A DNA stretch of 64,000 bases from contig NC_042999.1 of the NCBI RefSeq assembly GCF_006345805.1, positions 167,648,001-167,712,000 on the forward strand. Direction: 5' to 3'. Of the stretch, positions 38,906 through 53,089 are shown piece by piece. The notes under the pieces are model-generated. The model searched no databases. It worked only from the letters and a program-made list of their open reading frames with translations, and was not told where the DNA came from. The translations under genes were made by a program, and so were the position numbers. Position 1 is the first letter of the stretch. Every line of letters begins with the position of its first letter. The stretch is from Octopus sinensis (Eukaryota).

Positions 38906-41900
38906 AGAATACTTCCAAAGGTAGCTCTTTTAATTTTTCCGTATATCTATTTTTTAGCTGGTTTAAATGTCTTTTGTATTCCCATTTTTCGCCTCATCAT
39001 ATACGTCATTTTGCCTATTCTTTTTGTTACTACTCTGTCTTCCCAACCTTGTCTTCCATCAATATCTATAAATCTTTTTTATATATTTTGAAAAACACCT
39101 TGTCGCTGGTGTTTTGTCGTATAATCAGTGTTTTCCCTATTTGTTTTTCTTACTGGTAACAGCTTGTCGAAAATTGACTTTATTTTTCGAGTAAACGTTA
39201 GTTCCGCCGGCGACTTGCCTGAAAAAGTGTTTGTATTTGGTGTTATCTTATAAACCCTCAAGAATTGTGTCAATGCTGCGTCATCGATTAGCTCGTTTCT
39301 TGATTTCTTTAATGCTCTTTTAAATGTATCCACGAACCTTTCCACTTGCCCGTTTGATCTTGGGTGATACGAAGGAGTAGTGATATGTTCAATTGAGAAC
39401 AACTTGCAAAAATTGTTAAATTCATTTGCCGTTAATTGTGTACCGTTATCGGAGACTATGGTATCCGGGACACCAAACCTAGCAAAGAAATTCCACTGTT
39501 ACCGTGGAAGTCGGTTTTCTACGTTTACACATTTCTGGCCATTTAGTAAAGCTGTCTACCACAATTAGATAATAAGAACGGTTTAACGGTCCTGTGAAGT
39601 CTATGTGTAGTCTGGGTCATGGAATATCGGTCTTGGGGCAAGGTTGAAATTTTATAGGTGGGAGTTTCGCTGCCAGAGCACAACCTCTGCAGAACTTTAC
39701 CAACTTCTCAATATCTAGATCCATTTATAACTCCTCATAAGCGACTTCGTCCTAGAAATTCCTGGATGTCCAGTGTGGAATTCCTTTAACGTTGGACCTT
39801 GTAGTGATGTAGACCCTCTGTGCATAAATAAGCACATTATCAAACATCAAATACAAATTTGAAACTGTGTTACATCCAGCCACACGTATTTTTTATTTGT
39901 ATCTTCTTATCTCACTTTTATTTTTCATTTTTATGATAAACTCGTCCGTCTCTGCCTTAATTTTTATTTCTTCAAATGTCACAGGTAATTCACGCACAAC
40001 ATTGCATTTTTTATTTCCTTTTCGGCTTTTAACGCCGCTATCTCTGTGTCTTCAAGTGGTTCATTGTATTTTGGTAGTAACCGTGACAAACCATCTGCTT
40101 GTCCCAATTTTTTCGATGGCAAATACTCCATTTTCAAGTCGTAATTCAGTAGGATCGTTCCCCAGCGCTGCAGTCTGTTGGCTGTATATGTGGAAATACC
40201 CTTTTTTGATCCACAGAACGACAATAATGGGCGGTGGTCTGTCTGTAGACGGAACCTTCTTCCATGTATAAATTTATGGAATTTTATTACCGCAAATATG
40301 ATGGCTAATGCCTCTTTTTCTATTTGACTGTAACTTTTCTCAGCCGGTAATAATGAACGCGAAGCATGAGCCACCGCTTTCAGGCTACCGTCTTCATATT
40401 TGTATAAAATCAGAGCTCTAATACCACTTTCACTAGCATCTACTGTCACCACTATTTCTAAATTCGGGTCAAAATGTGATTACGATCATTTCGACGTTAT
40501 GACGTTTTTAATTTCTTCAAAAGCTTTTTGAAATTTATCCGACCAGTTCCACTTAACGTCTTTTTTTAACAAGCTATTCAGGGGTGCTCTTATATCGTGC
40601 ACCTTCGGTATGTATACCTGGCTGTAATTTGCGAGCCCCAAAATGCTTGTAATATTTTTATTGCACTCGCCCTAGACGGTTCTGGTCTGCGATCATTTTC
40701 ATTAATAATCTGCCCTACATATTTTATTCTCGGCATAACAAATTCACGCTTTTCCTCACTGAGCTTAAACCCATAATCTTTTATTCTTTAACATTCTCAG
40801 CATGCTGACTCCGAGGTTCACTTTTTATGAGTATGTCGTCTAGGTAAACTACAACGAAATCCGAACCTGTTGGAACTTGTTGGAAAATGCCAGGTGCTAC
40901 CTTTGTACTAAAGGGGAGTCAATTAAATTTATACAACTCTTTATGGGTATTTATTGTCAATAATTTTAAACATTCCTCACAGATTTTTACCTGCAAATAT
41001 GCTTCAGATAAGTCCAACTTTGAAAACATTTTTCCTCCATTCAACATCGCAAAAGTTTCGTCCGGACTTGGTAATGGCATCAAAAATTCATGTAATCCCG
41101 TTGAAAAATCAGCGCATACTCAGAGTTTATTATTTTTTTTTCCTTGGCATAAACTGTTGGGTTCGCCCATTTTGTGTAATCATTTTTTTCAATAACGCCA
41201 AGCTTTTCAAGTCTATCGTATTCTTTGTTGTCTTGTTTCAGCGCTGCGAAAAGTACCAGCATGGCGTTTTCTTTCACTTGAAACTTCGCCTCAGTTTTGG
41301 TGCAAAGACCCAATTCATCAGAAAAAAAAACTTCAGGAAAATTTCTTTTTAATTCTTTTTTTAAAATCTTCCGTCGCTTTATTTATACTGGCGGAAGAAC
41401 CATACACATTTTTACAAAAAATATTTATGGGGAGGTATGTTCCAAATAAATTTGTCGTATTTTTTAACACAAAAACTTTGGCTTTCAAAGTTTTTCCATG
41501 AAATGTAGCATCACTTATTATTTCACCCATAATGCAATTTTTTCCTGAAACACCTCGCGCAATTTTCGGAGTTACCTTTAATCTAGGTTTCCCTATTTTT
41601 CTCAATGTACCTGTATTAATTATCGTTATAGAACTGTCTATATCCAATAGTAACTTGATATTCACATTATTCAGTTTTATAGACACAAATTTTCTTTTTT
41701 GAGCCTTGCTTAGAATTTTTGTTAACAGTATATTCTTTCTAGAATTTTTTCTTTATCCTTTTTTCTGTTTCGCTATACAATGTGAGCTTTTATATCCGAT
41801 TTTTCTACACTCAAAACACTTACGGTTTTTAAAAGGACAATTACTTCTAAAATGTAAACCTCCTATTATCAAATAGTAAAGATGTATATAAAGCTTCCCA

Positions 41901-41950
41901 CACAAGTGACAGTAGCATTGAGATTGCCATAAATTCTATTAAGCACGTTT
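38906..41950 (-). pseudogene. Decayed Ty3/Gypsy (Mag-like) gag-pol
   Basis: Gag knuckle CFECRKIGYKSSHC; protease LLLDIDSSITII; RT VVYLDDILI; RNase H VDASESG..YSQIEKEALA..TDHRPL; integrase HPGISRTK, LHIDF, IVSDNGTQ. No cognate 5' LTR seen. Confidence 0.92.
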
Positions 41951-42452
41951 CTCATGAATATGTAGATGATATTATATAATATAATTTATTAAATTAAGTT
42001 AAAGTTAAACGCATCGATTTATAGTGATCGTAGCTTTAGTAATTTTTAATATTAAAAATTATTTTTTTATCAAATGTATTTGGAACGTATAAATTTTCAT
42101 TTGTTTACATAGTTGTAATGACCATAACTATTGCACACACACATATAGATGACGCGATGCTGTAATATGATAGATAACACTGGTCAAGACAATTTTTGGT
42201 GCCAAGAAACAAAACACGTTTTTTTTAGCTAATCTGAGGGTTCCGATTCCGAAAATGACCTTAGTTTTTCATGGTTAGCTACCGTTTTTACTGTACTGAA
42301 ATTGCTCGTTTTTGCAAAAATTGCCAACTGTTCTGTAACGTTTAGGTTCTGGTATTTGCCCTTAGAAAGATATTTCTCCTCGGATATTTCTTTCTGAAGG
42401 TAAAAAATATTCCGCAAAACTATGCAATCATATCTATGCACACACACACACA

Positions 42453-42501
<49 letters not shown>

Positions 42502-43274
42502 ATACACACGTACACGTACACACACGCGCGCGCGCACGTATGAGCACATAGGTGAAAAGCAAGGTGGAAAGAAAAAATATTCGAATACCAAAAGCAGAAT
42601 ATAATGGTAATTTATTGAATTTCAATAAATCTCACAATTTTCCTGTAAGCGATTATCAAGAAGTCATGAGTAGATAGCATACGACTGTCTTATGATCGGC
42701 CCCGAGGAACTCTCAATAACAGTTTGTTACTCAAATAACTACTATGCGTGTGTGTATTCAGAAAATTTTCCGAGATTTAAACAGCAACTGACAACTTCAA
42801 CTTCAAAATTCTTTGAAAATTAAAATTATTTTGGATCTTCGCCCGGGCGAAATAGTTCTCCATACTGCGCTGGAGTTCCTCACCACCACCATCAGCACCA
42901 CCTACCAACAAACTCATGTTAGTGTCTTTGTATATCTCTTTGTGTATGTGTGTGTGTAACCTCTCCCTGGTCTATTTGTATGCCAATTAGTCTTGATGTC
43001 AACAACTACCTTATTGTGTATGGTTAAAATAGTAACTGCGTCTAGCCTAAAAGTGGCTGAAATATTTGGTTGTTGTGAGGTATTGTTTTGCTAAATTTTC
43101 CATATTTTCTTGATGCACTATATCTGAGATAATTTTTCTTTTAAAAAAATTTATATAGACAAATTTATAGCACTGTCTACTTATTGACACTCTGAACATT
43201 TCCAGTGATTATATGTCGCACATAACCGAACTGAAATTGGCTGTCTATGTTCACATTCTCTCTCTCTCTCGATC

Positions 43275-43309
<35 letters not shown>

Positions 43310-43509
43310 TATATATATATAATCATTTCTGCTATAGTTACAAGGCGTATAATTTTTGGGGAGGAGAATAGTCAGTTGTATCGACCCTAATGCCCGACTG
43401 GTACTTATTTTATCGACCCCGCAAGGGTGGAAGGCAAAGGGGACCTTATCAGAATTTGAACTCAGAACCTAAAATCGGAGTAAATACCCCTGCCAGCTCA
43501 CAGATGTGT

Positions 43510-43548
<39 letters not shown>

Positions 43549-43786
43549 CAAAAGGACATACCCAGTGAATGTATTAGGTTGATGCTCAGTTTAAGATGGA
43601 AAAAAAAAGAGGGATGTTTGACGTTTCGGGTATGGCTCTTAGTCAGAAAAAAGACAAGTCTAGAGGGAAGAGAAAGAGTAATGCAAGAAAAGTATGGAAG
43701 TTATTATTACAAAGTTGGAAGTGAGAAAGATAGGAAAAGTGAATTTTGAAGGTAGGAAAGTGCGAAAACGGCCAGTGTGTGCGTCG

Positions 43787-44013
43787 AGGCGGCGAGCTGG
43801 CAGAAACCTTAGCACGCCGGGTGAAATGCTTCGCGGTATTTCGCCTGTCGTTACGTTGTGAGTTCAAATTCCGCCGAGGTCGACTTTGCCTTTCATCCTT
43901 TCGGGGTCGATAAATTAAGTACCAGTTACGCACTGGGGTCGATGTAATCGACTTAATACCTATGTCTGTCCTTGTTTGTCCCCTCTATGTTTAGCCCCTT
44001 GTGGGTAATAAAG
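43787..44013 (+). mobile_element. SINE family A monomer
   Basis: Head to GTGGGTAATAAAG tail. Confidence 0.88.
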
Positions 44014-44214
44014 TGTGTGTGTGTGTGTTTGTGTCTATGCGACTGATATGCGTATAAGGGAGTGGTACTGACAGGTTAGCGGTAGTAAGATTCAGTGGTG
44101 AAAAGTGAGAAAACAGGTGTGGGAGTTTCTGAGTGCGTTGGCGTTGTTGCTTTGTATACGTATGTGTATGTCTGCGCATGCGTGCACGTGAAGAATTTAT
44201 ATATATCTTTTATC

Positions 44215-44586
44215 GTTTATCTTTTACCTGTTTCAGTAATCAGACTGCAGCCAAGCTGGGGCACCGCATTGAATTTTTAGTCGAATGAATCGACCCTAGT
44301 ACTTATTTGTTAAACCTGGTACTTATTCTATCGTGTTCTTTTGCCGTTATGGCAAGTTATGGGGACGTAAACGCACCAACAACGGTTTCAAGTGTGGGGG
44401 TACACACACACAAAAACACACGACGGGCTTCTTTTCAGTTTTCGTTTACCAAATACACTCACAAGGCTTTGGTGTGCCCGAGGCTATAGTAGAAGACACT
44501 TGCTCAAGATGCCACACCGTGGGACTGAACTCTAAACCTTGTGGTTGGGAAGCAAGCTTCTTACTACACAACCACGCCTGCGCCTA
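44215..44586 (-). mobile_element. SINE family B
   Basis: Matches 7090-7497 with substitutions. Confidence 0.82.
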
Positions 44587-44594
44587 TATAGACA

Positions 44595-44597
44595 GAC

Positions 44598-44661
<64 letters not shown>

Positions 44662-44665
44662 GGAT

Positions 44666-44698
<33 letters not shown>

Positions 44699-44806
44699 GG
44701 ATTAGATAGATAGATAGATAGATAGATGGATTAGATAGATAGATAGATGGATTAGATAGATAGATAGATGGATTAGATAGATAGATAGATAGATAGATAG
44801 ATGGAT

Positions 44807-44839
<33 letters not shown>

Positions 44840-44840
44840 C
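44595..44840. repeat. (GATA)n with periodic GGATT interruptions
   Basis: Direct reading. Confidence 0.9.
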
Positions 44841-44962
44841 TATGTATATGTTAATCAGAAATATCATTGATAATAACTTCGAAGTTTTGGCCAGTTAAAC
44901 TATCGTTAGACTGCCTCAACGCAAATTCTGTTATGTACCTTGCAGTTTTATGATCCCTCACA

Positions 44963-46214
44963 TTAGGTTGTTCCGAAAATAATGGCCGATTTCAGAAACA
45001 TAATTCTATTCTGGAAAAACTAACACTAAAAAATGTCTTGATTAGCCAAAGTATGAGCCGTGAACATCTATGGATCCCTGCCATCAATCAACGAGATTAT
45101 TTATGCCTCGTTGACAAAAACCTGTTTGCTTTGATGCTAAGAAATCTTTAAAAGCTGATTCCATCTTTGGTTCGGACCTGAAAGTTTTATCACTAAAAAA
45201 TGTGTTTAAATGCTTAAAAAATGATAGTCAGTGAATGAAAGATCAAGAGAATATGGAGGATGTGGTAAAGTCTCGTTACCCAAGTCTGTGAGTTTCTGCA
45301 GTGTCATTCTTGCAACATGTGGCTTTGCATTATCGTGAAGCAGAATTGGGCCACGACGATTCACTACTGCAGATCTCATTTTTTGCAACTGAGCATGAAT
45401 TTCAGCGATTTGATTGCCGTAAGCCTCTGCCGTAATGCTCTCTGATTGGCTTCGAGAAAGCTGTAATGGACAACACCAATTGCAGACCACCAGATAGTTA
45501 CCATAATCTTTTGCTGATGCAACTTTGGCTTTGGGAAATGTTTGGGGGACTCATCGTAATCAAGCCATTGACCTGGTTTATCGTTATCATAAAGGATCCA
45601 CTTTTGGTCACAAGTGGCTATTCGGTCAAAATAAGGATCATTAGTGTTTTGCAGAAAGAGCATCGAGCTCACTTCAAAATGCCGAACATTTTGATTTTCA
45701 TTGAGCTCATACAGTACCCATTTATCGAGCTTTTTCACCTTACCAATCTTCTGTAGATTACGTGAGACCGTTGCAATACCGACACTTTGACGTGGGTTTT
45801 GTTCAACAGTTGCTTTCAAATGTTCATTGATAAGACTGCATGACAGTCTTCTACCTTCATCTTCAAGGCTCTTATCCCCACTACGGGATTTCTGAAACCA
45901 CTTTCGTAATGTGCGATCACTTGTGGGCTCCTCACCTCAAGCTCTTTTGGTATTGGCAATAGTTTGGGAGGTATTGTGCCCAAGCTTCAACTAATGCAAG
46001 AAAAGTAAGCGAAGGTCCTTTTTTTGTCATGTTCATAATTAAGGGCGCCTATGCTTCAAAAATGTTTTCTGTCTGAAATAAGTAGAAAATTATTAAAGAG
46101 CATACATTAATTATTAAATATGTCGAAATTCACCTAAAATACAATTAAAATACTATAATAAAATTGCGTTTCGAAACACAACACAGAGCGGCCATTATTT
46201 TCGGAACAACCTAA
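44963..46214 (-). mobile_element. Full-length inactive mariner (Hsmar1/cecropia-like TIRs, D,D34D-type transposase pseudogene ~45055-46036)
   Basis: TIRs TTAGGTTGTTCCGAAAATAATGGCCG / CGGCCATTATTTTCGGAACAACCTAA; right TA intact, left flank CA; KLDKWV..EL, TCDQKWILYDN, LLHDNAKPH, HPPYSLDLSFTDYH. Confidence 0.93.
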
Positions 46215-47254
46215 TATTTTAAGAAAGATTATCAAAGGCTTGGACCCACAGCTCGCTTCAACCACCCAAGGTCTAATCAAAAAGTATCGAGTTATAAAAA
46301 GAAAACTACAACACACCGATTCGGCATTTAATCTCCTTCGAAATATCCAGTATTTTCTTTCTGACGCCACACACTTTATCCAGTGTCGTTTCCTCCCAAA
46401 AATCTTGAAAAACATCCATGAACGTTGCTAATTTCCATTTTTCTTAATTCTTTCACTTAATTTTTCAGGAATCAATAATATGAAATCAATAGAAAAAAAT
46501 TATTTCGGAGGGGCGATGCATACCCTGAGCGCAGGTAAATTTTTCCGCAAATGATAGTGAGGCTTACAATGCGTTGCTTACTCATGCTTTTAATTGAACT
46601 TAATTAAGCTTTGTTAGTGTTTGAATAAAAGCCTAAGAACGGTGAAATTAAGAAATCAATTCGCAATTAAACCAAACCCTCGAATCCATCACTACACACA
46701 CACACACACACAGTTGCATATGTATCTATGTATGTATGTATGTATGTATGTATGTACTCACACATACCTACGCGCATAGGAACACCATGATCTACACACG
46801 TGCAGACGAGGGTCGATTCATATAAAAAAGAAAGTGAATAAAATAATATGACCACTTCCTTATCGGGAAATTTGTAAGTATGATTTTAAAAACGTTTTTT
46901 GTTTAAGATAATCAAATCACATGGTCATCATTTCAAGCCAATCACTCAATGAGTATTTCTGCCAAATTTGGTGGAAATTCGTTCAGCCGTTTTCCAGTTT
47001 TTTCCCTGCAATTACGCGCGCAAGATAATAATTCTAAATTCAACAATGTTTCGCTATAAATCTGGAATCAACGGCTGTTAAATGAAGTTTTAGTTTTAAG
47101 TAAATTAATGTCATTTTTAAACTCCGTTTCCATTTATTGTAATTGAAGTAGATTTAACGTGATTTCTAGAATGAAATGCGCTAGCGTTAAGAAACCTATC
47201 TAACCCCACTTGAAATAGGCTATAGGTATATATTGCCGTAAGAATGGCTAAATA

Positions 47255-47464
47255 CGACGGGGTACTGAAAGGTTCCTGGCTTTAAGGGCATCGCGAAAGG
47301 CCTTGTTGAAGGCTCAACTTTCCGAATTCCTTTACCTGGCTTAGAAAAACTGAAGTACCGCTGCAATAAGTGTGTGAATCTGAGAGGGGAATATGCCGAA
47401 TAAAATAATTGATCCTCCTGTATTTTCTTTTACCCAAAGCCAGGAACTTTTCAGCACCCCCTCA
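47255..47464. mobile_element. Mariner-type MITE (210 bp)
   Basis: TA|CGACGGGGTACTGAAAGGTTCCTGGCTTT ... AAAGCCAGGAACTTTTCAGCACCCCCTCA|TA. Confidence 0.8.
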
Positions 47465-48012
47465 TATATATTTAGCCGTAAGAATGGTTAAATAAGCCGA
47501 CTATTTGTCAAATTAATTACTCTTCCGATTAGGAGTGCTGGTGGCCTGAATAGTTTGGACAACTGATACGTTAAATGACAATGAAATTATTTTTAAAGTT
47601 GTTGATCAAGACGACTATGTCCGTTAAAAATAGATAAGCAAATTTAGTAAACTAGAATATTTAGGCGTTTGCAAAGGCATTTTTCTTGTGTGTGTTTTAT
47701 TCTCGCAAAAATATGATAAAGCCGTGAAGAATGAAGTGACAACATAACACCAAGCCCAATGATTTATCCGCCTTCACTGTCTTTCTAACCAGTGACTAAA
47801 TTTGTGACATTTTTCTAATGCTTCCTGTCCTCTTAACAATATGTATATTTCTATGAGTAAAGTGTTTGTTACCTAGAATATTACAGAAAAAGAATGCTAA
47901 CAACCGTAAAAGTGTTATATTTTTTAATGGCTTTTTTTTCCTTGCAGAAATAATGCAAATTACGAGTAAAGGATTTATTGATCCATAAAATACTTCTTTC
48001 TTTATGAGTGGG

Positions 48013-48072
<60 letters not shown>

Positions 48073-48073
<1 letters not shown>

Positions 48074-51000
48074 CATACTATAATGGGCGTAATGTCCGTC
48101 CGTCCGTTTGTACTCACATTACGGCCAAACGGTTGGGCCAATCGGCATGAACTTTGTAGGGGGGTGTTCGGGGGTCTCTAGCGTGGTTTATATACAGGTT
48201 TAGTCCCTCCCCCACCCCCTATTTTCAGAGTGATTTCATCAATTGCGGTAACTTTGGTACCCGGAGATAACTTTGGCAGAAGGAATAGGGTAGCCTATAC
48301 TCTCCTAAAGGGACATGCTTGACATCCTCCTTCTGCCCTGACCCTGTCCCACCCACCCACCCTCTGAGTAATATCATCAACTGAGGCAAATTTGGCACCC
48401 GGAGGTAAGTTTTGTAAGAGGAATAGATTACAGATTATGTAAGAGGAATAGATACAGATTATGTAAGAGGAATAGATACAGATTATGAGACTAGAAATCG
48501 TATGGAGCACATGGATCAGTTAGATCCAGATATAGTTACTGCTCTACAAAACCGTATTCGTCAAGTTAATCCTTACGTTCTATCTTTTCATGCAGCTATA
48601 GATTGTCAAAAACTGAAAATCTTTCAATCATTTTACATCGCGATAAAAAACCAAAACCGTCCAATGAACATTGTAGACAATATAACCTACCCATGAATTC
48701 TGAAGTTGCTGCGTTGGTTCCTGGTGATATTAAAGATCCTTTGGGTGTCATCATCCACTGTCAGAATGCACCGTACAAACGCATTAACTCACTTCATCGA
48801 TCTTATGATCCACTACACTATATCTTGTTGTTTCAAGAAGGAACTGATGGCTGGCGGCTGAATTCGAAGAAAACAAATGGACAGACATTGACAGCAATGG
48901 ATTTCTATGCTTATCATCTTGAAGTGAGAATAAATTCAGATAACCATGTGATGCGAAGTAGAAGGCTCTTGCAGCAATATGCAGTAGCTCAATGGGCGAA
49001 AGTTGAACGAAGCAGGCTTCAGTGGGTTGAACGAAATCAAACTGCGATAAGAGCAAAAAAGTATTCAGGATTGCTTGATGCCATACATCAAAATGATTCA
49101 GTGACACCTAGAAGAATCATTCTCCTACCGACCATCACAAGAAGTCCAAGATTTTACAATGAAGCCTGACAAAGTGCTATAACTATAGTCAGAGCGATGG
49201 GAAAGCCCGACTACTTTATCACTTTCACGACAAATCCAAAGTGGCCAGAGATTCAGAGTGCGTTATTTCCAGGTGAGCACCCTGAGGACCGTCCCAACAT
49301 TTTAGCTAGAGTGTTTAAAATGAAGCTCGGCGTACTTCTTCACGATCTTCTGAAAAAAACATGTATTGGGGAAAGTTATCGTCCACACTTTCACCATTGA
49401 ATGGCAGAAACGTGAACTTACACATGCGCTTATACTGCTTATAATGGCTCCTCAACACAAACTTACCGTGCCAGAAGTCATCGACAAAGTAGTTAGTACA
49501 GGATTTCCTGATTAAAATAAGAATCCAAAGTTATTCAAGGCCGTAATGGCGCACAATACACATGGTCCCTGCAGTTCTACTAACGAATCAAGTCCATGTA
49601 TGGAAGTTGGTAAGGATGGAGCACATTGTACAAATGATTTCCCGAAACCGTTCCAGCATTCAACCATCATCCCGAAAGACAGCTACCCCACGTATCGAAG
49701 AAGAAGTCCATCAGACGGCAGGCTGAATCATCAGAAGCTGCTCACATGTCAGGGTGAACAGATAGATTTTGTGGTAAGTATCATTTTTTGTCAGAGATAT
49801 TGTCACTACCAGTATGCGAATACCAATAACATAACGACAGGAAATCAACTAAAACGTTGAATCTACTTAAGATCTTCGTTTCATTTTCAGGTTGATAATT
49901 CGTGGATAGTACCATATAATCCCTACTAGACGTTGAAATATGATGCTCACATCAACGTAGAAGTCGTGCACTCCGTCCAGGCAGTTAAGTATTTATACAA
50001 ATACATAACGAAAGGTCAAGATAGAGTCATCTTTAATACTGATGGTGGTCAGCAAGTCATAGTCATCAATAAAATTGAAAACTTCGTGAGTGCTCGATAC
50101 ATCTCTTCTAGCAAGGCAATTTGGAAGTTGTATGGATTTTTCATACACCAACAGCATCCTACAAATTTTCAATTTTATTGATGACTATGACTTGCTGACC
50201 ACCATCAGTATTAAAGATGACTCTATCTTGACCTTTCGTTATGTATTTGTATAAATACTTAACTGCCTGGACGGAGTGCACGACTTCTACGTTGATGTGA
50301 GCGTCATATTTCAACGTCTAGTAGGGATTATATGGTACTATCCACGAATTATCAACCTGAAAATGAAACGAAGATCTTAAGTAGATTCAACGTTTTAGTT
50401 GATTTCCTGTCGTCCGGTGAACTAGGCTGTGCAAAAAGGACCACCGACAACAAAATTGATGGCTTTCTTTGATACCAACAGACAAGATGAAAAGGCTAGA
50501 CAGATATTATACCAAGACTTTCCGAAGTTCTACACATGGATTGGTAAAAACAAGTCTTGGCAAAGGAGAAAGCGAGGCAAGAGAAATTATGTACTAGATG
50601 TGAAAACTGATACCATTGAGCGAACCCCAACCATTTCACTGAGCGCACACCAGTCTGAACTCTTTCATCTCCGAATATTACTTCACAATGTGACAGGTGC
50701 AACTAGCCTTGAGGACCTGAAATCGGTCGATGGAAATGTTTGTCCAACATTTCATGAAGCATGCCTAAGACGTCGGTTCATATCCGATAATCGAGAAATA
50801 CACTGTGCAATGGAAGAAGCTGCAAGTATTCGTTTTGTTGATTCACTTATAGAGTTGTTGTTTCTTTTGCCATCATGTTGATATGTTGCAGGCCGTCTGA
50901 TCCTCGATCCTTTTGGGGAGAGTTAGACACTTGAATTAGCACGTGATGTCATGTATCAGAATAATGTCAACCAGCTTAATCCTAGCATTGAAAATGAAAT

Positions 51001-52611
51001 ATTGATTCGCCTGCAAGGACGTCTTCAGAGAGATGAGCTTGATCAGGTGAAAAATGTCCAGCTGCCAAAAAGTGATTACAGCGTGTCGCGCGATCTGATG
51101 TCAAAAAATATTTCCGAAGAAGTTGACTTCGATGCTGATAGTCTGAGAAGATCGTCTGCCGAGGTGTATGATACGTTGAACATAGAGCAAAGACATGTGT
51201 ATGATACGGTAGTAAATGCGGTTATCAGTAAAAACACTGAAAACAAGATTTTTGCCCTGAGTGCAAGTGGTGGAACTGGGAAAAAATATCTCGTGAATGC
51301 GATTGTAGATTTTCTACGATCGGAGAAAAAAAATCGTACTCGCTATTGATCTTTCAGGAATTTCAGCTATCCAGCTACACAATCGCTGCAAAATTCCTAT
51401 CAACATCACGCCAGAGTCTACTTGCCAAATATCCGAACATGATGCAACCGCAAAACCCTTCAGGATGACTGACCTGTTGATAGTCGATGAAGTCAGCCAA
51501 GGTGATAAACTTCTATTTGAATGCTTGGATCGTTCCTTTCGCAACACCAGGAGGTGAAAAGATCTGTTTGGAGGAATATGCGTTCTGTTTGTTGGTGACT
51601 TGGAAGCAAATTCTACCAGTTGTCAAGCGTGGAAGTCGACTTCAGATAATCAACGCAACCTTGAAGACATCATATATCTGGAAGTCTGTCACAGAATTGA
51701 AACTATCAATAAACATGAAAGTTCGCAATTTCTCTGTTGCGGATTTGGAAACTGCATGTATATTGAGCCTCATAAAAACACAATTCAAACCCGGCCTGAG
51801 TTTGTCCAAGAAACTTCTTTTCTGAAATGTGCAAATTTGTCTTCGATGGTTTAGACGAAGAGCATACGAATCCCGTCATGGTTATGTTCACGAGCTGTTA
51901 TTGCTTCAACCAATGATGTCATCAACAGCGTAAATGAACATAGGATCAAGAGCTTCCCAGGAGAAAGTCGGGAATATCTAAGTTCAGACACTGTAGACGA
52001 TGAAAATTGCCATCAATATCCGCAAAATTTCGTGAACAACTTCAATCCATCGGGACTACCAGTACACAAAATAACTTTGAAGAAGTCTGACCCATCTAAT
52101 GGACATTGCAACGGAACAAGATATACTGTTACGGAACTTAACTCTCACGTCATTGAAGCGGTGATAGCAACTGGTCCTTCTTACACTGGCAAACGTCTGT
52201 TTATACCTCGGATACCTCTGATGCCTTCAGATAATCAGTTTCCATTTCAATTACGACGCAGGCAGTTTCCTATCAAATTAGCCTTCTCCCTTACAACAAA
52301 TCTCAGCGCGAGACTTTGGATCACGTCGGTGTGTTTCTGCCCTTTCCCATATTCACGCACGGCCGGCTGTATGTCGCAATGAGCAATGGATTCAGCTAAT
52401 TTGAAACTAAGTTGTAGACAAACGGAAAATATTGTTTACAAAGAGGTTTTGTAAAGATAGCACCATGAATGTGTTATGTAAACGTTTACATATATATTGT
52501 TCAATAAGGTACACTATATAGTTTGGCACTATCAAATATAATGAATAAAAATAAGTACATTACAACTTAAATTGTCTCAATTTGCACTCTGCTCTTATCG
52601 TAGATAGCTAG
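48073..52611 (+). mobile_element. Decayed autonomous-type Helitron (RepHel pseudogene ~48500-52440)
   Basis: A|TC start, CTAG|T end. Rep: YDPLHYILLF, GKPDYFITFTTNPKW, IEWQKRELTH, VKYLYKYITKG. Helicase: SASGGTGK, IVDEVSQ, GDWKQILPV, CNGTRY, RRRQFPIKLAF. 3' hairpin not convincing. Confidence 0.92.
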
Positions 52612-53089
52612 TATATATTCATGGGAAATAGCTGAAAGTTTTTTTTTTCTGATTCATATTCATCGGGGGGAAAAAAGAGTAATCATGCCATAGAGCAATG
52701 GTTCCAATGTTGTTGTTTTTTAATTAAAATTAGTTACTTATGTTCCTAATATTCTTTTTAGAGGCATGTTGTGTCGCAAATTCTCATACCAATCCATAAA
52801 AATGCAGCACCATGTTCCTAATATTTGGTACATAAAAAACGGTGATGGACTAGGAAGCAAAGTAAATAGAAAACAAGCTAAATACTCTACAGTATTTCAT
52901 TTCTTTTTTCTACGTTCTGTGTTCAAATCCAACCAGAGAACAATACATAGCAAAACTTCTCTCTAAAGTTAAAAGAATAAGTACCAAGGCTATACCGCGA
53001 ACCGGTCGATCGTCTCTGCCTTTCGTCTGGAAAACTTCAACCTTATGTTGCAATGTAAGAATAAGAAATCATATATATATATACACACA

